The notes: a model not told the origin generated them from the sequence alone. DNA of 64,000 bases from Pseudomonadota bacterium (GCA_039030855.1 JBCCDJ010000018.1:12031-76030), one strand, 5' to 3'; positions 1-9,660 are shown, counted from the first letter of the stretch. Made by a program: numbers and translations.

Positions 1-2127
1 GACCCCCGCACCGCGCTCATCATTGCCGTGTTTTCGGCTCTCTACGCCGTGTTTCACATGGCCGTGCTCAACGGCTGGTCAATCCGCGGCTGGACCGGCG
101 TCAACATCCCTTTTCTGCCCGTCTTCCCAATGGAGACGTGGAATTTTCGCATCGTCCATGTCGCTGGCGCGCTGATCCTCGGCTTCATCCTGTATTCAGC
201 CCGCAGCTTTCCCGAACAAGACCGGGGCGGACGACACCCTCTTGACCTTGTGGCTTGGGTTGCAATGCTGCTCGCGCTCTATGCCTGTTACACGGCGCTG
301 ACATTCGCTTCGGATATCGCGGGTGGGGTCATGTGGAACGGGATTGACGAGGGGATCAAGGCGGCGGAGACTTTTCACTATGGCTATCCCCTGATCGCGG
401 CCACGGTCACCGGTGTCCTGATTGGCTGGCTGCGTCCGCGAACGCGCGGAGTGATTGCGCCCGCTGATCTGGTGCTGTGTATCTGCGCCATTGGTGTCGC
501 AATCTATCTGATTGCCATCTTCGGAACCCTGATGCGCAATGCCACCGGGACCCCCTTTGCTCCCATCGGGATGAGCCTGGCTGCCGTTGCCGGGACCATC
601 CTGATCATGGAAATGACACGCCGCGTTGCGGGTCTCGCGCTCGTGGTCATCGCAGGCATGTTCCTTGTCTATGTGTTTGTCGGCGATCAACTGCCTGGTT
701 TTCTGAACGCGCCCGACATCGCATGGCAGCGCTTTTTCAGTCAGGTCTATACGGATGCGGGCATTCTCGGTCCGACGACGGCGGTATCTTCGACCTACAT
801 CATCCTCTTCATCATCTTCGCGGCATTCCTGCAGGCATCGAAAGTCGGCGAGTATTTCGTTAACTTCGCCTTCGCGGCCGCCGGGCGTGCGCGGGGTGGC
901 CCGGCCAAGGTGGCGATCTTCGCATCCGGCCTGATGGGCATGATTAACGGGACCTCGGCGGGTAACGTGGTCGCCACCGGCTCGCTCACGATCCCGCTGA
1001 TGAAGAAGGTCGGCTATCGCGCCAAGACCGCCGGTGCGGTGGAGTCTGCTGCATCGACTGGCGGGCAGATCATGCCGCCGATCATGGGCGCCGGTGCCTT
1101 CATCATGGCTGAAATTACCGGCATCCCCTATACTGACATCGCCATAGCGGCAATTCTGCCAGCGGTTCTTTATTTCGTGTCAATCTACTTCATGGTGGAT
1201 TTCGAGGCGGCCAAGCTCGGCATGCGCGGAATGCGCGAGGATGAACTGCCCAAATTCCGCGACATGGTGCGCCGGGTCTTTCTGTTCCTGCCAATCATCA
1301 TTCTGATATTCGCGCTTTTCATGGGCTATTCGGTAATCCGCGCCGGCACGTTGGCGACAGTGGCGGCGGCCGTTGTCAGTTGGCTGACGCCTTATCGCAT
1401 GGGGCCGCGATCCGTGGGCAAGGCGTTCGAAATCGCCGGCACCATGTCGATCCAGATCATTGCGGTCTGCGCCTGCGCTGGGATCATTGTCGGCGTTATC
1501 TCGCTGACCGGTGTCGGTGCGCGGTTCTCATCCGTCCTTCTGAACATCGCGGACGCCAACCAGTTGCTGGCGCTGTTCTTCGCCATGTGCATCTCCATAT
1601 TGCTGGGCATGGGGATGCCAACCACTGCGGCCTATGCCGTAGCCGCCTCAGTGGTCGCGCCGGGCCTCGTGCAGCTTGGAATTCCGACGCTGACGGCACA
1701 TTTCTTCGTTTTCTACTTCGCTGTCGTCTCGGCCATTACCCCGCCCGTGGCGTTGGCCAGTTATGCGGCGGCGGGCATATCGGGCTCAAACCCGATGGCA
1801 ACTTCGGTGGCGTCGTTCAAGATCGGCATTGCCGCTTTCATCGTGCCCTTCATGTTCTTCTACAACTCGGCAATGCTGATGGACGGCACCTGGTTCGAAA
1901 TCTCCCGATCGGCCGCGACGGCAATATTTGGTGTATTCCTGCTCTCCTCCGGTATCCAGGGATGGTGGGCCGGTGCCCGCGCCAACTGGCCGATCAGGAT
2001 CGGGCTGGTCGTCGTCGCGCTATTGATGATCGAGGGTGGAGTGATGTCCGACCTGATCGGGGTCGGCGGCGCAGTCGGGCTGTATCTCTTGTCCCGTGTC
2101 ACACGGCAGAAGCCCGCAAATCCCTGA
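1..2127 (+). CDS. TRAP transporter fused permease (DctQ/DctM-type, TAXI-associated class); 5' end outside window
   Basis: Frame 1 is open from base 1, with no stop before the GTG at 28, so the gene is 5'-truncated by the window. It is a polytopic membrane protein of at least 699 aa. It has DctM-like blocks such as MGMINGTSAGNVVATGSLTIPLMKK and GGQIMPPIMGAGAFIMAE, typical of fused 4TM/12TM TRAP permeases. Confidence 0.85.
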   Translation, partial: DPRTALIIAVFSALYAVFHMAVLNGWSIRGWTGVNIPFLPVFPMETWNFRIVHVAGALILGFILYSARSFPEQDRGGRHPLDLVAWVAMLLALYACYTALTFASDIAGGVMWNGIDEGIKAAETFHYGYPLIAATVTGVLIGWLRPRTRGVIAPADLVLCICAIGVAIYLIAIFGTLMRNATGTPFAPIGMSLAAVAGTILIMEMTRRVAGLALVVIAGMFLVYVFVGDQLPGFLNAPDIAWQRFFSQVYTDAGILGPTTAVSSTYIILFIIFAAFLQASKVGEYFVNFAFAAAGRARGGPAKVAIFASGLMGMINGTSAGNVVATGSLTIPLMKKVGYRAKTAGAVESAASTGGQIMPPIMGAGAFIMAEITGIPYTDIAIAAILPAVLYFVSIYFMVDFEAAKLGMRGMREDELPKFRDMVRRVFLFLPIIILIFALFMGYSVIRAGTLATVAAAVVSWLTPYRMGPRSVGKAFEIAGTMSIQIIAVCACAGIIVGVISLTGVGARFSSVLLNIADANQLLALFFAMCISILLGMGMPTTAAYAVAASVVAPGLVQLGIPTLTAHFFVFYFAVVSAITPPVALASYAAAGISGSNPMATSVASFKIGIAAFIVPFMFFYNSAMLMDGTWFEISRSAATAIFGVFLLSSGIQGWWAGARANWPIRIGLVVVALLMIEGGVMSDLIGVGGAVGLYLLSRVTRQKPANP

Positions 2128-2210
2128 AGCGCTTCGACGATGTGCTGAGCGATGCTGCGAGCAACCGTCCAAACGCCCGAGATGCGTGCCGCTGGTGACG
2201 GACGGCCTGA

Positions 2211-3938
2211 TCAGCCGTCGGACTGCAAGAGGCTTGCAATATCCTCGTGCCCGCCATCGCGTGCGTAATCGGCGATCGTGCGACCGGTGCCATCGGTAAT
2301 GTCAGGATCGGCCCCCGCTGCCAGCAACATCCGGGCGGCGTCGTCCCGCCCGTTGACTGCCGCAAACCACAAAGCTGTGGCCCAGTCGTTCACGTAGTCA
2401 TCCTGCGGTCCTGTCCTGATCGTGCGAAATCGCGCATTCACGAGTGCTGGATCGCGCGCCAGTGTCGTCCTCAGATGATCGACCTGTCCCATGGCGGCGG
2501 CGGCGAAGATGTCCATGGGCTGATCCATCAACAGGGCGACCGCTGCGTCCTGATGATTGTGCATGGCATGACCGATGGGTGGTGAGTGATATTCGGGATC
2601 GCGGATCGTTGTATCTGCCCCGGCATTGATCAGTGCGCGCATGATATCGATATGCCCCTTGAAGGCCGCAACATGCAGTGGCGTCCGCGTACCGCGCGGG
2701 CTCAGCTCAAACCCCAGATCGATCATGGTCTGAACGGCGGCCAGGTTCCCGTTTCCTGCGGCTTCGCGCAGAAGTTCGCTGTCCTTGTCGGGATCGACAC
2801 CCATATTTTTGGGTGCCAGCGCTTTCGCCACCTCTAGGTCGCAGCCCATGCAGGCAGCCTGAAACCGCTCCGCATCGCCAAGGGGGTCGGCCCGTCCGCC
2901 CCTCGTCTTGATCAGCGCGGCGATCTCGGGCATGCCGCGCATCAGTGCCACCTGATAGGGCGTGTAGCCAACCGTGTATGTCGGATAGTAATTCCTGTCA
3001 GGCGTATCGATATCGACCCCATGCTCGATCAACAATCGGGCGCGATCGGTAAAACCCCAGCGCATCGCCATGATCAGATGAAAATGCATCGTGCGGTGAT
3101 CCTGGGGGTTGCGATCCGGCTCCGTCAGCCACCAGTCGGATGGATCGCTGTCCTTCAATCCGTATTCCAGCATCAGTTGCAGATGCGTGTTGTCGGGACT
3201 GAAGCATCGGTTATAGGCCCCCTGGCTGTCGTTTGGATTGGCACCGGCATCAAGAAGAGCGCGGGCGAAGAGCACCATATCCGGATGGGGTGGCTGTCTG
3301 ACCAATCCGCCCTCACCGTTGCCGAAGACCCCGGTCAGAACCGTGAAGCGGTATGTTCCGCCCCACATGTAATGCGCGTTGGGATCTGCGCCAGCGTCCA
3401 ACAGCACCTTTGCAACCGCATATGTCGAAACGCCGGGCAGGCGGGCATAGGCTGCATACATCAGCGGCGTCCACTGGAAGGGGCCGCCCTTCTGGTCCAC
3501 TTCGCCCCTGGTGTTGATGAGCAGATGTCGAAGCGCCTCGATGTCTCCTGCTGCTGCGGCTGTGTGCAGGGTATGGTGAGCAATGTCCGGATGCGCGGCG
3601 AGCAGCGCGGCGGCCTGCTCGAGCTCTGCCGGACCGCGGTCGGGATCGGGGCCGTAATGGATGCAGGCAAGGTCCAGAAACCGGTTCGCCCGCTGTTCTG
3701 TCGTCTCTTCGGTCCCTGCATCGGATTCAACATGGCGTTTCAGCCGCGTCCAGCTGGAGAATCCGTAACCTCTGGCGATGACCAATTGCGCTTCTTGCAG
3801 GGAAATTTCGGCAGGATCGCCGAAATAGGGCCCGACCTGCGCCAACGCGTCGGGTTGGCGGGCCCTGGCGGCCTTGTGCAGGCGTTTGGCTTGTTTCTTC
3901 AGGTGCTCCAGCGAGGGGCGTGCGGGAAGGGGGGGCAT
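2211..3938 (-). CDS. Ankyrin-repeat protein with a helical N-terminal domain; function unknown
   Basis: 575-aa ORF. The ATG has AAGGAGG 5 nt upstream (reverse complement of 3944-3950). It has several ankyrin-like repeats (TPLMYAAY, LLDAGANPND, TPLHVAAFKGHIDIMRALINAGADT, ALWFAAVNGRDDAARMLLAAGADPD). No signal peptide. It is convergent with the TRAP gene. Confidence 0.8.
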   Translation of the reverse strand: MPPLPARPSLEHLKKQAKRLHKAARARQPDALAQVGPYFGDPAEISLQEAQLVIARGYGFSSWTRLKRHVESDAGTEETTEQRANRFLDLACIHYGPDPDRGPAELEQAAALLAAHPDIAHHTLHTAAAAGDIEALRHLLINTRGEVDQKGGPFQWTPLMYAAYARLPGVSTYAVAKVLLDAGADPNAHYMWGGTYRFTVLTGVFGNGEGGLVRQPPHPDMVLFARALLDAGANPNDSQGAYNRCFSPDNTHLQLMLEYGLKDSDPSDWWLTEPDRNPQDHRTMHFHLIMAMRWGFTDRARLLIEHGVDIDTPDRNYYPTYTVGYTPYQVALMRGMPEIAALIKTRGGRADPLGDAERFQAACMGCDLEVAKALAPKNMGVDPDKDSELLREAAGNGNLAAVQTMIDLGFELSPRGTRTPLHVAAFKGHIDIMRALINAGADTTIRDPEYHSPPIGHAMHNHQDAAVALLMDQPMDIFAAAAMGQVDHLRTTLARDPALVNARFRTIRTGPQDDYVNDWATALWFAAVNGRDDAARMLLAAGADPDITDGTGRTIADYARDGGHEDIASLLQSDG

Positions 3939-4625
3939 GTCAGCCTCCTTTCAATCATCCGGTATCCGCGCCCTCGGACCTGAAAGAAGGTCAGATGATG
4001 GGGTCGTCGTCCTGTTCAGATGGGCTGAGCCCTTCCCGCGGATCAGGTGCATTCTGAAATGCGTGACGACAGTATCACGATGGGTTGCCGTTAGAAAGCT
4101 GGTTGCCAGATGTGATGGGTGCATCTGAGGCTCCGATTGGTGGCTAGCCCTCTTTGTCTGAAGCGTAGCTCTGACCGGCTGTCTGCCATGGCCGGGTTGT
4201 GCGGTGGCGGCTCGCGATGGGTGGGTGAATACTCCGGTCATCTTGCAAGCGCGTATTCGACCATACTCAGCGCAATTGTTGCCTCACAAAGAAGTGGCGT
4301 TTGCCTGAAGGCTAGCTGATCTCGGGCACCATTGCTGCGCATGGTGCTTTGCGCGTTCGCGGGGGTGACGGCGAACTGCATCTCCGGGGCTGTTCGGATG
4401 TGGGCCGAAAGTCAGGGACGGATGCTCATCCGATCAGCGCAGTCTATATGTCGGTCGGCCTCATGATGTGCGGCGGCGTTGGCAGATGCCGCTCGATTGA
4501 GCATCAGTTGCGCGCTGGTGGACACCGCGCGTCATCTGCGAGCGCCTGTTGCTCTACCGGGCAAGCACGATATCCCGACTGCCGTCGGCACCTGATGGCA
4601 GGTCTTGGTCACAATGTCTGACATC

Positions 4626-4641
4626 TGGCAGATAAATGGCT
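4626..4641 (+). promoter_or_regulatory. Sigma-54-type -24/-12-like element (TGGCAG-N5-TGGCT); orphan, function unproven
   Basis: The sequence tggcag ataaa tggct matches TGGCAC-N5-TTGCW at the GG and GC dinucleotides with correct spacing. No credible CDS lies downstream on the plus strand. Transcription from here would run antisense into the fliG 3' end. Confidence 0.2.
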
Positions 4642-4925
4642 GCCTGCCGAGCCACTAGCGGGAAAAACAGCGCGCCTGGCAAATCGCTCCTTCAGCGCCG
4701 GTGAGTGCTACTATTTGGGAGGCACAACAAAACGCATGACATGACACGAGGATGCCGGCGTGCAGCAGCCCTTCAATGCCCCTTAGGTTTGGCGCGGATC
4801 GTCCGACGTCTCATCTACATGCAGGCATCAAGCTCTGGTCGACACAGATATTTTGATCGAGCTGGCGGATTGATCGGGCTCCAAGTGTGTGGCTCCGCCC
4901 GCCAATGAGGCGGAACGCCATTCGG

Positions 4926-6047
4926 CTATTCCTCCAGAAGCTCGTTCTCGACCATCTTGATATCACCGTTGTCGCGTAGCCCGACGATCACCGCGACCAA
5001 ATCTGCTCGGGCGGCCTCCCCATCCTTTCGGGTTGGCTCTTCCATCGCACCGAGATCTTCGCGCAGCCGCTCCGACAGCCGCTTGGTCATGTTATTGAAG
5101 AAGAATTCTGTAACCTCCTCTCCATTCGTGCCGCCGAGTTTGAGTGCTGTAAGCAGGGCCGTTTCATCGATTTGTCGTGCAATCAATGCCGCGTCGCGGG
5201 GGTTCACGCGCTCAACGATATTGTCGAACGTGAACATGACCTGTTGCACCGATGTCGCCAGGCCGGGTGCCTTTTCTGTCAGATGAGCCATCAGTTCTGC
5301 GCGTATCTTGTCAGACACGTGGTTCATGACGGCGGCAATCAGATCAGCGGGGTCCTGGGTGCGCTCGGTATGGGCGACGGCGGGCAGGAACTCCTCTTCG
5401 ATCACCTTGGCGATTTGTGCGATGATCGTGTCGTCCGCGCTAGCGGCGTGTTCCATCCGCAGCACGATGCTTCGCGCCTCCAGCGGATCGTATTTCTCCA
5501 GAACCCGGGCCGCCTTGACCGAAGTCAGCTTGGAAAGCGCGATGGCAGCCACCTGTGGGTGTTCAGCCTGCAGCCAGGTGGCGATCCGACCGTCGTCGAC
5601 ATCTGCGAGAATGCTCCATACAGAGCGTCCGGCGTTGTCCACGTCTTCAAGGATCTGGTTGAGCTGTTCCTTGTCGACGACCTCGCTCAGGAATCGCTTC
5701 AGCTCCTCTCGCCCACCGCTGAGCGCCCCGGTTTGACTGAGTTGTGCAAGAAACTCGCTGATGACGTTTTCGACCACGCCCGGCTCGATCTCATTCATGC
5801 CGTTGACGATACCGGCAAACCGCCGGACCCGCCCAGCGCCGAGCGAGCGCAGCAGTTTTGAGGCCGGATTGGGGCCCAGCGCAATCAGCACGATCGACGC
5901 CTTCTCCGCTGTCGAAAGACTGGTTGGCGGGGCTGGCGGGATCTGGGGACCTGTAGCTGCAGGCAGGCTTGGCTCTTCAGGGATGATCAATGCGGTCGAC
6001 GGCTCGAAACCCGCAATATCGGCCGCGAAGGGTTCAGTAGCGTTCAT
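4926..6047 (-). CDS. fliG: Flagellar motor switch protein FliG
   Basis: 373 aa. The ATG overlaps the fliP stop (ATGA, 6044-6047). FliG-like blocks are EKASIVLIALGPNPASKLL, HPQVAAIALSKL and the C-terminal MTKRLSERLREDLGAMEEPTRKDGEAARADLVAVIVGLRDNGDI. It has a Pro-rich N-terminal extension of about 45 aa. Confidence 0.85.
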   Translation of the reverse strand: MNATEPFAADIAGFEPSTALIIPEEPSLPAATGPQIPPAPPTSLSTAEKASIVLIALGPNPASKLLRSLGAGRVRRFAGIVNGMNEIEPGVVENVISEFLAQLSQTGALSGGREELKRFLSEVVDKEQLNQILEDVDNAGRSVWSILADVDDGRIATWLQAEHPQVAAIALSKLTSVKAARVLEKYDPLEARSIVLRMEHAASADDTIIAQIAKVIEEEFLPAVAHTERTQDPADLIAAVMNHVSDKIRAELMAHLTEKAPGLATSVQQVMFTFDNIVERVNPRDAALIARQIDETALLTALKLGGTNGEEVTEFFFNNMTKRLSERLREDLGAMEEPTRKDGEAARADLVAVIVGLRDNGDIKMVENELLEE

Positions 6048-6862
6048 GTTCCATATCCTCTCACGAGTGCGCCGGCCAGCAATGTCCAGCCATCGGCCAG
6101 GACGAAGAAAGCGAGCTTGAAGGGAAGAGACACGATGGCGGGCGGGACCATCATCATGCCCATTGCCATCAGAATTGATGCGACCACAAGATCGATCACC
6201 AAGAAGGGGAGAAAGATCAGGAAGCCGACCTCGAAGCCGCGCTTGATCTCGCTCAAGAGGAAAGACGGGATCAGGAGCGACAATGGCGCGTCCCCCGCAC
6301 GGATCGCCTCCGGTGTCGCCAACGCGGTGTCGTCGGCAGTCGGCCGGTCTGCGGTGCCCGGCTGATCTGGCAAAGCGCGGCTGTTCGGGGCCGCTTCCTG
6401 CAATGCCTCTATGGTGGCGGGATTGGTGCGCCCTTCCATGAAAACGCGAAATGGCGCGAGTGTTTCGGTGAACGCCTCCTCCGCGGTGGCCTGACCCTCG
6501 ACCAGCGGAGAGATGCCTCTGTCCCAGGCTTCCTCGAATACCGGGGCCATGACGAAATAGGTCAGGAACAGCGCAAGGCTGACAATCATCATATTCGGTG
6601 GAGCCTGCTGTACGCCAACCGCCTGGCGCAGGATCGACAGAACCGTCACCATGAACGGAAAGCAGGTCACCATGATGGCGATACCGGGAGCGAGGCTCAG
6701 CACCGTCAACAAAGCGAATAACTGCACAATCTGCAAAGTGATCGCGCCTTCTCCACCAAGGTCGATGGAGATGTCCTGCGCGCTGGCCATTGTCGCGCTC
6801 AGCAATAGTGCGGCAAGGGGCAATAGCGCCTGCGCCATCCGGGATAAGGTCATGCGGCTCAC
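6044..6862 (-). CDS. fliP: Flagellar export apparatus protein FliP
   Basis: 272 aa with a signal peptide and the conserved FliP core (LLTVLSLAPGIAIMVTCFPFMVTVLSILRQAVGVQQAPPNMMIVSLALFLTYFVMAP; SEIKRGFEVGFLIFLPFLVIDLVVASILMAMGMMMVPP). The GTG start overlaps the fliN stop (GTGA). An alternative ATG lies at 6853. Confidence 0.9.
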   Translation of the reverse strand: MSRMTLSRMAQALLPLAALLLSATMASAQDISIDLGGEGAITLQIVQLFALLTVLSLAPGIAIMVTCFPFMVTVLSILRQAVGVQQAPPNMMIVSLALFLTYFVMAPVFEEAWDRGISPLVEGQATAEEAFTETLAPFRVFMEGRTNPATIEALQEAAPNSRALPDQPGTADRPTADDTALATPEAIRAGDAPLSLLIPSFLLSEIKRGFEVGFLIFLPFLVIDLVVASILMAMGMMMVPPAIVSLPFKLAFFVLADGWTLLAGALVRGYGT

Positions 6863-7332
6863 AGGGTTTGGGATAGATCGGCCACTTCGGTCAGGCGTAC
6901 GCCAAGGCGTCCCGTCCCTTCTTCGATCTCCTGCAACTCTCCTCGGGCGATGACCCGATCACCGATCATGATTTCAACCGGATCCGCGACATTCGTGTTT
7001 AACGTCAGCACACTATCGCGGCGCAGGTCGACCAGTTCGCTCAACAGGGGGCGGGCCTTGCCGACAGATACGATCACTTCGATCGGCACGCCCAGCACAG
7101 CCTTTCGCCTTGGGTTGCGCTGCGGTGCCTGAGTGGTGGCCGGCCTGCCGGTCTTTGGGTCGGCAACAGCGGTCATCTCGGGCGTTTCGGGTTGCGGCCC
7201 GGTCGGCACATCGGCCGCTGATCCGTCCGCTGCCGGCGTATCGAATTCGGCGTTGTCGAAGCTGGGCATGTCTTCCATGGGAGTGCCGAAATCAGGGATC
7301 TCTCCTTCGGGCGTCTGCTCGTCTTCAGTCAT
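6859..7332 (-). CDS. fliN: Flagellar motor switch protein FliN
   Basis: 157 aa. The N-terminus is acidic and Pro-rich. The C-terminal SpoA/FliN domain reads VLGVPIEVIVSVGKARPLLSELVDLRRDSVLTLNTNVADPVEIMIGDRVIARGELQEI. It overlaps the upstream gene by 8 nt. Confidence 0.85.
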   Translation of the reverse strand: MTEDEQTPEGEIPDFGTPMEDMPSFDNAEFDTPAADGSAADVPTGPQPETPEMTAVADPKTGRPATTQAPQRNPRRKAVLGVPIEVIVSVGKARPLLSELVDLRRDSVLTLNTNVADPVEIMIGDRVIARGELQEIEEGTGRLGVRLTEVADLSQTL

Positions 7333-8008
7333 GGGTCAACTCCTGGTTCGATTCCGTTGGTTCAAAGAGGGGAGCAAGGCTTCCGGTATTGACCGAGACG
7401 CCGCCGCCGAGATGGGTTGCCAGAACGGCGCGCGCGTTCGTGATCGCGGTGCTGAGGTCGATGGCGTCGAGGCCATCGCGCCAATGGATATGTGCTTCGG
7501 TATCGGTGAGATCTCCATCAGGCTCGATCCGGCAAGGCAGATTCCTGTCTTGGAGCTGCGCAGCTATCTCGGCTGCCCAATCAGGGCTGACCTCAACAAC
7601 CAATGTGGAATCGGGTGCTGATTTCATGGCCTCGGCCAGTGTCGCGGCGATTTCATCCACAAGCGCGGTGCGGGCGAAATGAGGTGCAATCGCGTCCAAA
7701 AAAACACTGACAATCTTATGTACCTGATTTGCCATCGTCTCGGTGAGCGCGCTGTGATCAGCCTGCGCGATCTCGATGGTTGCCGCGAGCGATGTGATGC
7801 GGCTCTCAAGATCCCGGGCGATTCGGCTTTCGGTCTGGGCGACACCGTCGGCGAAGCCTTCCGCGCGCGCCGCGCCGCGCGCCGTTGCGATCAGGAGAGA
7901 CAGTTCCTCGTCGCGCTGCGCACCGGTTTGGGGATCGCCTGATCCGGACTGCGATGGCACCGCGCGATCTTTGGAGAATTCTGGCAACGCGATTGAACGA
8001 CCGGTCAT
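7325..8008 (-). CDS. fliH: FliH-like flagellar assembly protein (tentative)
   Basis: 227 aa, wedged between fliF and fliN with 4-nt and 8-nt overlaps. It has a charged helical N-half and a C-half compatible with FliH-type ATPase regulators. The call rests mostly on position and composition. Confidence 0.5.
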   Translation of the reverse strand: MTGRSIALPEFSKDRAVPSQSGSGDPQTGAQRDEELSLLIATARGAARAEGFADGVAQTESRIARDLESRITSLAATIEIAQADHSALTETMANQVHKIVSVFLDAIAPHFARTALVDEIAATLAEAMKSAPDSTLVVEVSPDWAAEIAAQLQDRNLPCRIEPDGDLTDTEAHIHWRDGLDAIDLSTAITNARAVLATHLGGGVSVNTGSLAPLFEPTESNQELTHD

Positions 8009-9660
8009 GCAGCCTGCTCCTTGTCCGCAGGCTCATCAAGCCAGGAGCTCAGAAGTTTCGTCGCCTCATCCGGTTTCTCGGCAACCGTCGTCTCAAGCAG
8101 TGCGCGCTGGTCGACGTCGAGCGCCTGAGCGTCGATCATGTCACCGGAGGGGATGTCAAACCCCTGTCCGGCAGGCATGTCGGAGAAGAACCCGCCACCC
8201 ATCTCGCCGCCCGTACCGCCAGTGCTGCCGGCAAAGCCGCCGTCGCCAATTTCTGTCGGCATTGCAAAGTCCTGGCCGCCCGCCGGGCCTGCAACCGACA
8301 GGATGGGACGCACAACGAAGAGTCCGAGCATCAACGCGACCATGCCGAGGGTCAGCAACTGTATGATCGACATCGCGTTATCGCCGAGTATGTCCATCAC
8401 GCTGGACGTGGCGACGCTGCCCTGACCGCCGACATCGCTGAATTGCAGCGACTGGATCGTCACAACGTCTCCGCGTGCCTCGTCATATCCGACAGCGCTC
8501 TTCACCAGATCGCCGAGGGCGTTTAGCTCTTCTTCCGGGCGCGGCTCCCAAATCATGGTGCCGGTGCCGTCATCGGTACGAATACCATCGACCATAACCG
8601 CGACGCTGATCTTGCGAATCTCGCCTGCCGGGCGAATGCGTTCGCTTACGGTTTCGGAGATCTCGTAATTGATTCGCTCTCTGGTCCGTGATGCCTGGCG
8701 GCTCGACTGGTCGCCGCCCTCGACATCACCGTCTGCAAGGTTCGATGCGACCGTCACGCCCGTCGCCTCGCCTTCTGCCGCATCGGTACTTTCTTCGGTA
8801 TCGGTGTGGATGACGATTCGGCTTTCCGGATCGAGCCGTCTTTCGCGAATGGTCTCACTGTCGCGGGCGGCATCGACGGCGACCTCCACGATCGCCGCGC
8901 CTGCACCCACGCGCGCTTCGAGGAGGCGCATTACATTGCGGCGCAGGGCCTCGGTCTGGGTTGCTGCTTCTTCCGCCGCTCCGGCCTTTGTTTCGGTCTC
9001 GCCGGACCTGAGAATCACGCCGTTTTCCTGGTCGATGACAGCTACATTATGCAGCGACAGGCCGGATACAGCGGATGCGACCAGAAACCTGATTGCCTCA
9101 GCCTGATTGCGGCTCAGCGCACCGCTGGATGTTGAAACCGTGACCGAAGCGGTGACCGGTGCGTTGGCTTCGAACGGACGGCGTGTTGTCTGTGCGATAT
9201 GGACGCGTGCGCGGATAACCCGGGGTGACGCAAGCACTGTGCGCGCCAACTCTCCCTCCTTCGCCCGCCAGTAGGCCGCATCGAACATTTCTGCCGTGGT
9301 GCCAAAGCCGGAGAGGCCGTCCAACAGCTCATATCCTGCTGCACCGGCGGCCGGCAGCCCTTCACCCGCGAGTGTGATTCGCACTCGGTCGCGCACATCA
9401 GCGGGCACATATATTGCGTCGCCGCGTACTTCATATTGGACGGCCTGGCGATCAAGGCCCTCGATGACGCCGCTGGCCGCGGACGAATCAAGCCCTGAAT
9501 AGAGGAGTGCCATCGTCGGTGTCGCAACAATACGTGCGAAAAGGGCGAGGGCCGCGATCATTGCCGCAAGGCCGAGGACGAGCATTGCTTTGCGCCGCGG
9601 TTCTGCGGCGTTCCACGCCATGCTGAGCTTCGAAGTTACCGTGTTCACATCATTGACCAT
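8005..9660 (-). CDS. fliF: Flagellar MS-ring protein FliF
   Basis: 551 aa from the ATG at 9660; the ORF track starts two codons earlier at TTG 9666. It has the FliF/YscJ pattern LLYSGLDSSAASGVIEGLDRQAVQYEVRGDAIYVPADVRDRVRITLAGEGLP and N- and C-proximal TM helices. Its stop overlaps the fliH-like start (ATGA). Confidence 0.9.
   Translation of the reverse strand: MVNDVNTVTSKLSMAWNAAEPRRKAMLVLGLAAMIAALALFARIVATPTMALLYSGLDSSAASGVIEGLDRQAVQYEVRGDAIYVPADVRDRVRITLAGEGLPAAGAAGYELLDGLSGFGTTAEMFDAAYWRAKEGELARTVLASPRVIRARVHIAQTTRRPFEANAPVTASVTVSTSSGALSRNQAEAIRFLVASAVSGLSLHNVAVIDQENGVILRSGETETKAGAAEEAATQTEALRRNVMRLLEARVGAGAAIVEVAVDAARDSETIRERRLDPESRIVIHTDTEESTDAAEGEATGVTVASNLADGDVEGGDQSSRQASRTRERINYEISETVSERIRPAGEIRKISVAVMVDGIRTDDGTGTMIWEPRPEEELNALGDLVKSAVGYDEARGDVVTIQSLQFSDVGGQGSVATSSVMDILGDNAMSIIQLLTLGMVALMLGLFVVRPILSVAGPAGGQDFAMPTEIGDGGFAGSTGGTGGEMGGGFFSDMPAGQGFDIPSGDMIDAQALDVDQRALLETTVAEKPDEATKLLSSWLDEPADKEQAA

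Noticed and set aside
2190-2215. Possible bidirectional terminator hairpin (gacggc ctgatca gccgtc) between the TRAP and ankyrin genes
   Set aside because: It has only a 6-bp stem, it overlaps the ankyrin stop codon, and it has no U-tract. This is too weak to call.
3021-3983. 320-aa plus-strand ORF
   Set aside because: It is antisense to the ankyrin-repeat gene, which has a strong SD and repeat motifs.
4405-4422. gccgaaagtcagggacgg, superficially like the GGAAAGUCCGG core of RNase P RNA
   Set aside because: Only a partial hexamer-level resemblance exists. The surrounding sequence lacks the other conserved RNase P helices and motifs.
4349-4621. 90-aa plus-strand ORF, and the other 60-96-aa ORFs inside the 3939-4925 gap
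   Set aside because: They have Arg/Gly/Cys-rich composition, no SD and no recognisable motif. I treated the region as non-coding or decayed.
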